From Gemmatimonadota bacterium (GTDB taxonomy: Bacteria; Gemmatimonadota; Gemmatimonadetes; Gemmatimonadales; GWC2-71-9): DNA of 64,000 nucleotides. The position numbers and the translations under genes were made by a program. The notes below the pieces were generated by a model. That model was given only the letters and a program-made list of their open reading frames with translations, ran no database searches and was not told where the DNA came from. The stretch lies in NCBI GenBank assembly GCA_016704275.1, contig JADJAK010000005.1, positions 336,246 through 400,245 on the forward strand. The letters are read 5' to 3'. Below are positions 8,965 to 18,780 of this stretch, one piece after another; position 1 is the first letter of the stretch; every line of letters begins with the position of its first letter.

Positions 8965-9911
8965 GTGCGGCCGCGCCTCGCGCGATGTCGGGCGGCGACT
9001 CGCTGACGGCCACCCCGGCGCGGCGCGTTGCCGGGCGGGTGCTCGGACCGCTGCTGCCGTATGTGCTGCACCTGCGACCGGCCGAGTGGCCGATCATGGC
9101 GGCGCACACTGCCCTCGGCTGGTTTCTCGCCACCGGCTTCACGGCGCCGGATCGCCTCGCGACCATCGGCCTGCTGGCCTGGGTCGTCGCGCTCAACGGC
9201 GGCACCCTGGCCCTCAATTCCGCCTTCGATCGCGACGACGACGACGTCGCCTATCTGCGGCAGCCGCCGCCGGTCCCTGCCGGGCTCGCCGTGGTCGCGA
9301 TGGCGCTCATGCTGGCCGGCGCCCTCGCCACCTGGGCTGCCCCGACGGGATTCCGGTGGGCCTACCTGGCCTGCCTGATCATGTCCGTCCTCTACTCGGT
9401 GCCGCCGATCCGTTTGAAGGCAGTGGGTGGGGTGGACTGGCTCATCAACCTGATCGGCTTCGGCACCATCTCCCCCTATGCCGGATGGGCGTTGTCCGGC
9501 CGTCCGCTGACCCCGGCGGCCTCGATCATCTTCGTCGCCTTCGGGGCGCTCTTCGCCGCGTTCTATCCGCTTACCCAGCTCTACCAGATGGATGTCGACC
9601 GGGAACGGGGCGATCGGACGCTGGCCCTTCGGCTCGGCGTCGGCCGGTCACTCGTGGTCGCGCTCCTCGGGGTGGGGATCACCTTCGGGATGCTCGCAGG
9701 GGCTGCCTGGGCCTCCGGGTGGGGCGGACGCGAGGGATGGCTCCGCTGGGGGCTCCTGGGGCTGGCGGGGGCCGCATGGATCGTCGTGCTCGGTCCGTGG
9801 TATCTCAGGGGGCGGGGTTGGAGCACCACGGAGCACCAGCGCGGCATGTACCACGCCCTCGCGGCGTGGGCACTGACCGACATCGCCGTCCTGGTGGCGT
9901 GGGCGGTGTGA
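8961..9911 (+). CDS. UbiA-family prenyltransferase (substrate unknown)
   Basis: Multi-TM protein with an Asp-rich motif LNSAFDRDDDDVAYL and a second motif YQMDVDRERGDRTLALRLG. Start candidates are GTG 8961 (GTGA overlap with the coaX stop) or ATG 8985. The track start at 8814 lies inside coaX. Confidence 0.7.
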   Translation: MSAAAPRAMSGGDSLTATPARRVAGRVLGPLLPYVLHLRPAEWPIMAAHTALGWFLATGFTAPDRLATIGLLAWVVALNGGTLALNSAFDRDDDDVAYLRQPPPVPAGLAVVAMALMLAGALATWAAPTGFRWAYLACLIMSVLYSVPPIRLKAVGGVDWLINLIGFGTISPYAGWALSGRPLTPAASIIFVAFGALFAAFYPLTQLYQMDVDRERGDRTLALRLGVGRSLVVALLGVGITFGMLAGAAWASGWGGREGWLRWGLLGLAGAAWIVVLGPWYLRGRGWSTTEHQRGMYHALAAWALTDIAVLVAWAV

Positions 9912-9984
9912 CGTCGTCCCCCTTGGCTCGGCCCTGCCAGCGCCGCTATTTTCGACGCGGTCTGGACACCCTCCCGGAGATTGA

Positions 9985-10617
9985 TTGATGGCCACCGCCG
10001 TTTCGCTCGATCATAGCAGCGACTCCACCGACGTTTCGAACATCGTCCGCGCCTCGATCGTCCTCGGCGTGGTGCAGTCGGTGTGCGTCTTCGCCGTGTC
10101 GCTCATCAACAGGGCGCTCACCGGCACGGCCGATCACGCCCTCACCGGTGTGGTGGTCGCGATCGGTACCGTCGTCACCATGATCTATCCGGCGACACGC
10201 ACGCGCCCCCGCACGATCGAGGGGATTGCCGGGGCCGCGGGCATCGGACTTGGTGCGGCGCTGGCGTTCATGCTGATCGATGTGGCCGTCCTGCAGCCGC
10301 TGGGGACCTACACCAATCGGTGGCATGAAATCGGTGGCGGGTCGAATTGGTGGTACCACCCGACGTGGTGGATGGTTGGCTGCTACCTCTCCTGGATGGG
10401 TGCGTGGATCCTCGCGAATCAGGCGAACAAGAACGGGACCTCCTCCATCGGCGGCGCCATCGGGTTGGTGGCGGTGTTGACGGCGCTGTGCGGGGCCGCC
10501 GCGGCGGCGCTCCACTTCCCGGGGGCGTCGTTCAACGTGCCGACCTTCGCCATCGCGGTCCTGCCCGCGCTGACGCTCGCCACCTGGATCAGCGGCTTCG
10601 GCGCCTCGAAGCGCTGA
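9985..10617 (+). CDS. Integral membrane protein, unknown function
   Basis: 210-aa ORF with about 5-6 hydrophobic helices and a Trp-rich loop NRWHEIGGGSNWWYHPTWWMVGCY. No motif recognised. Confidence 0.5.
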   Translation: MMATAVSLDHSSDSTDVSNIVRASIVLGVVQSVCVFAVSLINRALTGTADHALTGVVVAIGTVVTMIYPATRTRPRTIEGIAGAAGIGLGAALAFMLIDVAVLQPLGTYTNRWHEIGGGSNWWYHPTWWMVGCYLSWMGAWILANQANKNGTSSIGGAIGLVAVLTALCGAAAAALHFPGASFNVPTFAIAVLPALTLATWISGFGASKR

Positions 10618-10627
10618 CGGAACGGCC

Positions 10628-10942
10628 ATGATGCGCCGCGTCGTCCGCGTGGTGGTCCGCTTGGCGGGCTGGCTGCTGACGCCGCTGGTGCTCACTCTTG
10701 CCGCGTTTCTTGGGGCGACCATCATGGCGATGGTCGCCCCGGTCGTTTCCACGACCGTCGCCATGGCCCTGGTGACCCTCGCCGGGCTCACCTCCGCGGC
10801 GGTCGGGCTCTGGCTCTGGATTCGGTTGTTGAAGGGCTCTCCGGTCCTCCAGGAGGCGCTCGCCGTCACGCCCGAGGGCGTGCCGCTCGAGGCCGAAGTC
10901 GACGCCATGCTTGGGACCGCCGAGCAGCCGGGAGTGCCATGA
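10628..10942 (+). CDS. Small membrane protein, unknown function
   Basis: 104-aa ORF with three hydrophobic segments. It has a 4-nt overlap with the next gene. Confidence 0.45.
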   Translation: MMRRVVRVVVRLAGWLLTPLVLTLAAFLGATIMAMVAPVVSTTVAMALVTLAGLTSAAVGLWLWIRLLKGSPVLQEALAVTPEGVPLEAEVDAMLGTAEQPGVP

Positions 10943-11887
10943 TTCGCCACCTGCTCGTGAGCCTCACGCTCGCGGCGGCACCACTCGCCGCCCAGGACGG
11001 AGTCTTCCTCACGGCGGGGCGGATGCTGGCCGGCTCCCCCGACGAGGCCACCTGGCGGCTGACCGTCCAGCACGACCTGATCGGCCCGCTCGGGCTCGAT
11101 TTCTCGGGGCAGGTGCTCCCCGGCGCGCGCCCGGGCGACGGAGAACTCCTCGGCGTCGGTGGCGACGTCACCATCTTCGCCGCCTCCCGATCGCTGCCCT
11201 CCGTCTTTCTCGGGGCCGCGGTGGGCCTCGGGATGGCAGACCAGAAGCGCGTCTGGACCTCCGGCTCCATCGGCGCCCGTCTCACCCTGCTCAACATCGG
11301 CGAGGCCCGCGTCGCCGCCGAAGGGCGCTGGCGGAACCTCACGATTCCCGGCCGGGACGGCTTCGAGGTCGGCGTGACCATCGGGTACCGCCGCCGGACC
11401 GTGGCCCCTCGCCGTCCGGAGACCGCCGGCCTCTGGGTGCCGCGCGCCACCGCGGACGCGCTCCGCTCCGCCGGCATTCCCGAGTTCAAGGCGCGCCTCC
11501 TTGGCGCCGTGGTCACCACCGCGCTCGAGGAGATGGGTCAGCCCTACGTCTGGGGTGGCAGCGGCGACGGCAGCGGCGGCTTCGACTGCAGCGGGCTGAT
11601 CTACTTCGCCTACGAGAGCCAGGGCGTGCGGATCCCGCGCACCTCCGGCCTCGCAGGCCAAGGCGGGGATCGCCATCCGGACCGACCTCGACGCTCTCCT
11701 CCCCGGCGACATCCTGACCTTCGCCGAGAAGGGCGACCAGGTCACCCACGTCGGCCTCTACGTCGGGGAAGGGCGCTTCATCCATTCCGCCTCCAAGGGG
11801 GTCCGGCTCTCGCGCCTGGCCGAGGACGATCCCGACGGACGGTGGTGGCTGAAGCGGTGGATGGGGGTGCGGCGGATCGTCGAGTAG
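10939..11887 (+). CDS. Secreted NlpC/P60 cell-wall hydrolase with beta-rich N-terminal domain; reading frame disrupted near 11645-11654
   Basis: Signal peptide MIRHLLVSLTLAAAPLAAQ. The catalytic Cys motif GFDCSGLIYFAY is in the frame of 10939. The rest of the domain (QAKAGIAIRTDLDALLPGDILTF...THVGLYVGEGRFIHSAS...) is only readable one frame over and ends at TAG 11885-87. The listed ORF end at 11913 is off-frame Arg-rich read-through. Confidence 0.75.
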
Positions 11888-11892
11888 TTGGG

Positions 11893-12002
11893 GTCGGGAG
11901 TCGTAGGTCGTGAGTCGTAGGTCGTAAGTCGTGAAGGCCGGCCCCCGCATCGGGATGCCGGCCTTCGGTGGACCTACGACCTACGACTTACGACTTACGA
12001 CC
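11893..12002. repeat. Inverted arrays of tandem 7-mers (GTCGTAG-type) flanking a GC-rich hairpin
   Basis: GTCGGGA GTCGTAG GTCGTGA GTCGTAG GTCGTAA GTCGTGA (11893-11934). The central stem is GAAGGCCGGC/GCCGGCCTTC (11933-42 / 11957-66). Then come CCTACGA CCTACGA CTTACGA CTTACGA (11973-12000). Confidence 0.85.
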
Positions 12003-12024
12003 TCTCGCTGTCTGCCATTCTGGC

Positions 12025-12051
12025 TTAGCACTCAGGCACGCCGATTGCCAA
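12025..12051 (+). promoter_or_regulatory. CIRCE-like operator 1 (HrcA site), degenerate
   Basis: TTAGCACTC-N9-GATTGCCAA versus the consensus TTAGCACTC-N9-GAGTGCTAA (left arm 9/9, right arm 7/9). Confidence 0.6.
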
Positions 12052-12065
12052 CCCTCTCCGCACGG

Positions 12066-12093
12066 TTGACAGCGGCGGGTTCGCCGCTAGCTT
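12066..12093 (+). promoter_or_regulatory. Putative sigma-70-type groESL promoter
   Basis: TTGACA (12066-71), a 16-nt spacer, then TAGCTT (12088-93). It lies between the two CIRCE-like elements. Confidence 0.45.
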
Positions 12094-12103
12094 TCGCGGG
12101 TTG

Positions 12104-12130
12104 TTGGCAGTCTGCATGCATGAGTGCCAA
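12104..12130 (+). promoter_or_regulatory. CIRCE-like operator 2 (HrcA site)
   Basis: TTGGCAGTC-N9-GAGTGCCAA, an inverted repeat with 9-nt spacing (7/9 and 8/9 to the CIRCE consensus), about 55 nt upstream of the groES ATG. Confidence 0.65.
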
Positions 12131-12183
12131 GTTGTTGCCTTGCTGTTACTTACCGAGATCCGTTCACGTTGGAGGTGCAGGAC

Positions 12184-12483
12184 ATGGCGAAGAGCAAGCT
12201 TGCGATTACCCCGCTCGAAGATCGAGTGGTGATCAAGCCGACCGAAGAGGCGGAGACGATGCGTGGCGGGCTGTACATCCCCGACACGGCCAAGGAAAAG
12301 CCGACCCAGGGCGAGATCATCGCCGTCGGGCCGGGGCGTTATGAGAAGGGCGAGCGCGTGCCGGTCGACCTCAAGGTCGGCGACACGGTGCTGTACGGGA
12401 AGTACAGCGGCACCCCGTTCACCATCGACGGGGCCGAGGTGATGATCCTCAAGGCCTCGGACGTCCTCGCGAAGCTCGGCTGA
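12184..12483 (+). CDS. groES: Co-chaperonin GroES
   Basis: [58 protein letters not shown] sits at 12171-75. The track start at 12124 is too early. Confidence 0.95.
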   Translation: MAKSKLAITPLEDRVVIKPTEEAETMRGGLYIPDTAKEKPTQGEIIAVGPGRYEKGERVPVDLKVGDTVLYGKYSGTPFTIDGAEVMILKASDVLAKLG

Positions 12484-12511
12484 CCGTTCACACCGAAGGG
12501 AGAATTCTGCA

Positions 12512-14145
<1,634 letters not shown>

Positions 14146-14146
<1 letters not shown>

Positions 14147-14245
14147 CCTCCGACCCACGCGGATATCGTACGGGCGAGGCATGCCTCGCCCCTACGCCTC
14201 CGACCCACGCAGGCAGTGTAAGGGCGAGGCCTGCCTCGCCCCTAC
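14146..14245. repeat. Two tandem 50-bp units, each with a 20-bp GC-rich palindrome (REP-like)
   Basis: Unit 1 is 14146-14195 and unit 2 is 14196-14245. They share GCCTCCGACCCACGC...GGGCGAGGC(A/C)TGCCTCGCCCCTAC. GGGCGAGGCATGCCTCGCCC is a perfect palindrome. Confidence 0.85.
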
Positions 14246-14266
14246 GATCTCTCCGAATGATGTGCG

Positions 14267-14292
14267 AACGGCCACCCCTCGGGGTGGCCGTT
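14267..14292. terminator. Bidirectional stem-loop between convergent groEL and cls
   Basis: AACGGCCACCCC-TC-GGGGTGGCCGTT is a 12-bp perfect stem, extendable to 14261-14298 with one mismatch. There is no clear T-tract. Confidence 0.6.
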
Positions 14293-14319
14293 GGCACACG
14301 CACCCCCGCGGGCGCGCGC

Positions 14320-15585
14320 TCAGAGCTGCGACTTGAACGGCAGCAGCACCAGTTCCATCAGCCGCTCCCGCCATGGCCGATGTTGCCACATCGCCAGCGT
14401 GTAGGGGGCGGCGCGCTGCAGGTCGTCCTCGAACACCGCCGTCATCGCCTCGGCGAAGGGCTCGTGGTAGAGGTTCAGCGACGCCTCGTCGTTGAGCTGG
14501 AACGATCGCAGGTCCGCGTTGGTGGACCCGACCGACACCAGGTGGCGGTCGACGATGAAGAGCTTCGTGTGGAGCATCGTCGGCTGGTACTCGCAGATCT
14601 GCACGCCGGCCTCGAGCAGCGGTCCCCATTCGCGCTTGCTCGACGTCCGCACGGCCGCCGAATCGATGTGCGGGCCCGGCACAAGCAACCGGATCGCCAC
14701 GCCCCGGCGACGGGCTTCCAAGAAGGCCCGCAGCAGCAGGGTGTCGGGGACGAAATAGGCGGCGGCGAGGTCAATCGACCGTTCCGCGGCGGCGATCGTC
14801 ATCAGGTACATCAAGTGCATGCTCTCGCCGCCGCCGGCGGGTGACGCCAGGAACATCTGGGCAGGCACCTCTCCGGCCGAAGCGAGGGCAGGGAAGTAGG
14901 CCGCACCGGTCAGCACCTCCCCCGTCATCTTGATCCAGTTGTCGGTGTACGCCGCCTGCAGCTGTGCGACCACCGGCCCTTCGACCCGGTAGTGACTGTC
15001 GCGCCAATGCTCGGGACTCTCCGCGTTGCCGGACCAGCAGTCCGCGATGCCGACGCCGCCAGTGAAGCCGACCCGGCCATCGATCACCAGCAACTTCCGG
15101 TGGGTGCGGTTGTTCATCCGGCCCAGGTTGTACCAGTGGAGTGGACGGTAGCGATGGAGGCGGACACCGGCGCTCTCCATGCGCGCCAGGAGGGCGGCGT
15201 CCATCCGCTGGCTGCCGACCCAGTCGATGGTCACGTGCACCGCGACGCCGGCCTGCGCCCGCTCCACCAGGGCGTCGGCGAAGCGCGTGCCGATCTCCCC
15301 GCTCCAGTAGATGAAGGTCTCGAAGGTGATCGTTTCGCGAGCGACTGCGATCGCGCCCAGCATCGCCGGAAAGATCTCGTCGCCGTTTCGCAGGTGCTGG
15401 ACCTGATTGCCCGGCACGATCGTCGGACCCAGCACCGCGGACATTTCCCGCTCGAACTGCGGATCGCGCACACCATGTCGGTGCTCGACGGTCCGCTCGA
15501 GCTGCTTCTCGGAAGTCAGGAAGTTCATGGCCACGACCACCACGAGGGCGGTGCTACCGACGGCGACGAGGATGGTCCAGAGCAT
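14320..15585 (-). CDS. cls: Cardiolipin synthase (PLD superfamily, two HKD motifs)
   Basis: HRKLLVIDGRVGFTGG and HTKLFIVDRHLVSVGSTN (HxKx4D twice). N-terminal TM helix MLWTILVAVGSTALVVVVAM. I prefer the start at ATG 15585; the ORF is open to 15669. Confidence 0.85.
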   Translation of the reverse strand: MLWTILVAVGSTALVVVVAMNFLTSEKQLERTVEHRHGVRDPQFEREMSAVLGPTIVPGNQVQHLRNGDEIFPAMLGAIAVARETITFETFIYWSGEIGTRFADALVERAQAGVAVHVTIDWVGSQRMDAALLARMESAGVRLHRYRPLHWYNLGRMNNRTHRKLLVIDGRVGFTGGVGIADCWSGNAESPEHWRDSHYRVEGPVVAQLQAAYTDNWIKMTGEVLTGAAYFPALASAGEVPAQMFLASPAGGGESMHLMYLMTIAAAERSIDLAAAYFVPDTLLLRAFLEARRRGVAIRLLVPGPHIDSAAVRTSSKREWGPLLEAGVQICEYQPTMLHTKLFIVDRHLVSVGSTNADLRSFQLNDEASLNLYHEPFAEAMTAVFEDDLQRAAPYTLAMWQHRPWRERLMELVLLPFKSQL

Positions 15586-15749
15586 GGCAGTCCTGCGGCG
15601 AGGGACGCGGGGCACGATCGAGGCGTGGGTGAACGGCTGGTAGACGTCGCAAGGACCGGCCGCGCGCACGCCAACCAGGGCGTGTTTGGCGCAGGACCGA
15701 CCGCCGTGATTAATTGCGGCGCCATCCTCCCCCGCCTACTGGAGTCCCC

Positions 15750-17393
15750 ATGCGTCGTCTGCTGCCACTGGTCGCCCTGCTCGGGGCCTGCGCCCCCAAG
15801 GGCGAGCCCGCCCTGGATCTCTCGGCCGAGCGACTGCTCGCCGACATCCGCGTCCTCGCAGACGACTCGCTGCTCGGCCGCGCGCCGGGTACCCTCGGGG
15901 AGGAGCGCACCGTCGCCTTCCTGACCGCCCAGTTCAAGGCCGCCGGCCTCGAGCCCGGCAATCCCGACGGCAGCTGGGTGCAGTCGGTCGACATGGTGGG
16001 GATCCGCGGCACACCGGAAGCGACCATCACCGTGTCCGGCCGGCCCTTCCCGATGCGCTGGCGCGATGACTACGTCGCCGTCTCGCGCCGCGTCGTACCG
16101 GCCGTCAACGTGGCGGCGAGCGACGTGGTCTTCGTCGGCTACGGGGTGGTGGCGCCGGAATTCGGGTGGGACGACTACAAGGGCGTGGACGTGCGCGGCA
16201 AGACGGTCGTCATGCTGGTGAATGACCCCGCCGTGCCCGATGCCGCCGACTCCAGCGCACTCGACGCGAAGCTGTTCCGCGGCGACGCGATGACCTACTA
16301 CGGGCGATGGACCTACAAGTACGAGATCGCCACCGAAAAGGGGGCCGCCGCGGTGCTCCTGGTGCACGAGGACGGTCCCGCCGGCTATCCCTGGGAAGTG
16401 GTCCGCGGCGGCTGGAGCGGCGAACGGATGGACACGCGGAGTGCCGACGGCAACGCGGGGCGGGTCGCCGTCGAGGGGTGGATCACCTCAGCCAGCGCGC
16501 GGGCGCTCTTCGCCGCTGCCGGGCAAGACTTTGCCCACCTGAAGGCGCTCGCCGTCACGCGCGACTTCGCGCCGGTTCCCATCCCGGCCACGGCAGCCTT
16601 CAGCATTACCCAGGAGATCCGCGACGTCCGCTCGGCGAACGTCGTCGCCAAGTTGCCCGGGACCGACGCGACGCTGCGTGATGAATACGTCGTGTACACC
16701 GGGCACTGGGATCACTTCGGTATCGGTGAAGTGGTCGACGGCGATTCCATCTACAATGGCGCGCGCGACAATGCCTCCTGCACCGCCGCGCTACTCGAGC
16801 TGGCGCGTGCCTTCAAGGCTGGGGGCGGAGCGAAGCGGTCGATCCTCTTCGTCGCCGTCACTGGCGAGGAGCAGGGATTGCTCGGCTCCAAGTGGTACGC
16901 CAACAACCCGCTCTATCCGCTCGAGAAGACCCTCGCCAACATCAACATCGACGTGCTCAACACCTGGGGGCCGACCACCGATCTCGTGGTGGTCGGCAGC
17001 GGGAGCACCACGCTCGAGGATCTCCTCGCCGACGCGGCCACCACGGCGGGCCGCACCCTCGCCCCCGATCCGGAGCCGTCGAAAGGATTCTTCTACCGCT
17101 CCGACCATTTCGAGTTCGCCAAGCGCGGCGTGCCGGCGCTCTACCTCGATCCCGGGACGAAGTACATCGGCAAGCCCGAGGGCTACTCGAAGGAGAAGCG
17201 CGATGACTACACCGCGCGGGCCTATCACAAGCCGGCCGACGAAGTCGATCCGGCGTGGGACCTGAGCGGGGCCATCGCCGACCTCGGGCTGCTGTACGCC
17301 GTGGGACGCCGCGTGGCCGATGGCACCGAGTGGCCAGCGTGGAAGGCGGGCACCGAGTTCAAGGCGATCCGCGAGAAGAGCCTCAGCCGCTGA
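15750..17393 (+). CDS. Secreted M28-family aminopeptidase with PA domain (lipoprotein signal)
   Basis: [16 protein letters not shown] lipobox preceded by GGAG. M28 metal-ligand motifs [25 protein letters not shown] and [14 protein letters not shown]. Confidence 0.8.
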   Translation: MRRLLPLVALLGACAPKGEPALDLSAERLLADIRVLADDSLLGRAPGTLGEERTVAFLTAQFKAAGLEPGNPDGSWVQSVDMVGIRGTPEATITVSGRPFPMRWRDDYVAVSRRVVPAVNVAASDVVFVGYGVVAPEFGWDDYKGVDVRGKTVVMLVNDPAVPDAADSSALDAKLFRGDAMTYYGRWTYKYEIATEKGAAAVLLVHEDGPAGYPWEVVRGGWSGERMDTRSADGNAGRVAVEGWITSASARALFAAAGQDFAHLKALAVTRDFAPVPIPATAAFSITQEIRDVRSANVVAKLPGTDATLRDEYVVYTGHWDHFGIGEVVDGDSIYNGARDNASCTAALLELARAFKAGGGAKRSILFVAVTGEEQGLLGSKWYANNPLYPLEKTLANINIDVLNTWGPTTDLVVVGSGSTTLEDLLADAATTAGRTLAPDPEPSKGFFYRSDHFEFAKRGVPALYLDPGTKYIGKPEGYSKEKRDDYTARAYHKPADEVDPAWDLSGAIADLGLLYAVGRRVADGTEWPAWKAGTEFKAIREKSLSR

Positions 17394-17413
17394 GCCGGCG
17401 AGGTTGAAACGAA

Positions 17414-17448
17414 AATCACCTCCGGGCCACGTCGGCGCGGAGGTGATT
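17414..17448. terminator. Stem-loop between the convergent M28 peptidase and HDOD genes
   Basis: AATCACCTCCG (17414-24) pairs with CGGAGGTGATT (17438-48): an 11-bp perfect stem with a 13-nt loop. Confidence 0.5.
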
Positions 17449-17476
17449 CGTGTATGACAGCCTCGTCCGGCACCGA

Positions 17477-18688
17477 CTAGGCGGCCTGCATGACCTCGCC
17501 GACCCACGAGACGGTGCGGTGGTACGCCACCGGAAGAATCGTCGGGTCCAGGCCAAGCTGCGCGCACAGCGTGTCGACCTTGTTCCAGTCGCCCTGGTCA
17601 TAGGCGATGGTCAGCTCGAGGCAGGCCTGCAGCGGCGTCGGATCGCCGAGCAGCGTCGCGGTGAGCTCCTTGCCGAGCTTCATCTGCTCGAGGAGGATCG
17701 GCATCGGACGGTCGAGCAGGGCATCGAGTGTCGACAACAACCCGACCAGGAAGAGCTCCGGGCGACGGGAATCGCCCAGCACCATCGCCCCGATCTCCTC
17801 GCAGAGCTGCGCGCGGAGCAACGAGGTCTGCATCAGCTCCTTCGGCTTGTGGTCGCCCGCCATCGTCATCGCGACGAGCGAGGCCCACTTGCGCGTCGGC
17901 CGCTGGCCAAGCACGCGGAGGGCCTGACCGATCGTCGTGACTTCATGACGCCATCCCAGCCCCGCGCTGTTCAGGTAGCGCAGCAACTTCAACGACAGCG
18001 CGACCTCACTCTTGATCAGCTTCTCCAGCTCATCGACGTCGAGCTCGGGGCGGTTCACCTCGGCCACCAACTGCGCCATGCGGATGCCGGAGACGGCGAT
18101 GTCCTTCTCGGTCAGCAGCTCCGGTTCGCAGAAGAAGGAGCCCTGAAAGAGGTGGGCCCCCTCGATCGTGGCGGCACCGAACGCGGCGTAGTCCCCGACA
18201 TGCTCCATGACGACCTGGAGATTGTGCCGCGGGGCGTGCGCCAGCAGCGCCTGGCGTTGCTCGACCGGCGTGGCCAGCCACGAGGCCTTCACATAGCGCA
18301 TGTGGGGAAGCAGCCGCTCGTGGCCATTGGCGGGGTCGAACGCCGCCAGGGCCAGCTGGTAGCCGGCGGCGATGGCCCGCAGGCACGCCTCCACGACGTC
18401 CGGGTCGCCCGGGACGCTGCGGGGGAGCATGATGATGGTCTGCTTGGCCGGAAGGACCTGGTACTGGTCCTCGACCAGGAACTGCCGGGAGCCCGGGAAA
18501 ATTCCCGGTAGCCCGCCGATCAGGGTGTCGAGCCCGAAGCCGAGCATCGTGTTGTTGACCATCTTCCGGGCGATCTCGTCGGGATTCCCGCCGACCGCTT
18601 GCAGGCGACCGGTGCGATAGTGAAGGTCGTAGGCTACGACGTGGCGTTGCCGGTCGAAGAGCGGCTGGCGTGAGACGAAGATGTCCAT
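17477..18688 (-). CDS. Signal-transduction protein with a degenerate EAL-like N-terminal domain and a C-terminal HDOD domain (YuxH/COG3434-like)
   Basis: MDIFVSRQPLFDRQRHVVAYDLHYR (EAL-type start, but with DLH in place of EAL). The C-terminal half is helical and HDOD-like (LLRYLNSAGLG...VTTIGQALRVLG). I prefer the start at ATG 18688. Confidence 0.65.
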   Translation of the reverse strand: MDIFVSRQPLFDRQRHVVAYDLHYRTGRLQAVGGNPDEIARKMVNNTMLGFGLDTLIGGLPGIFPGSRQFLVEDQYQVLPAKQTIIMLPRSVPGDPDVVEACLRAIAAGYQLALAAFDPANGHERLLPHMRYVKASWLATPVEQRQALLAHAPRHNLQVVMEHVGDYAAFGAATIEGAHLFQGSFFCEPELLTEKDIAVSGIRMAQLVAEVNRPELDVDELEKLIKSEVALSLKLLRYLNSAGLGWRHEVTTIGQALRVLGQRPTRKWASLVAMTMAGDHKPKELMQTSLLRAQLCEEIGAMVLGDSRRPELFLVGLLSTLDALLDRPMPILLEQMKLGKELTATLLGDPTPLQACLELTIAYDQGDWNKVDTLCAQLGLDPTILPVAYHRTVSWVGEVMQAA

Positions 18689-18780
18689 AGATGGCGCGTA
18701 TTGTAGTGGGGAGGAACCATTAGGCAATGGGGGAGACGGTTTCCCCCCCGCGTGTCAAGGCCCGCGCCGACCCGCCGCCC

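Noticed and set aside
9946-11745. 599-aa minus-strand ORF, and the overlapping 10911..11717 + ORF
   Set aside because: They lie opposite or off-frame to three membrane/NlpC-P60 genes that have coherent hydrophobic helices and a catalytic motif. These ORFs are Arg/Pro-rich.
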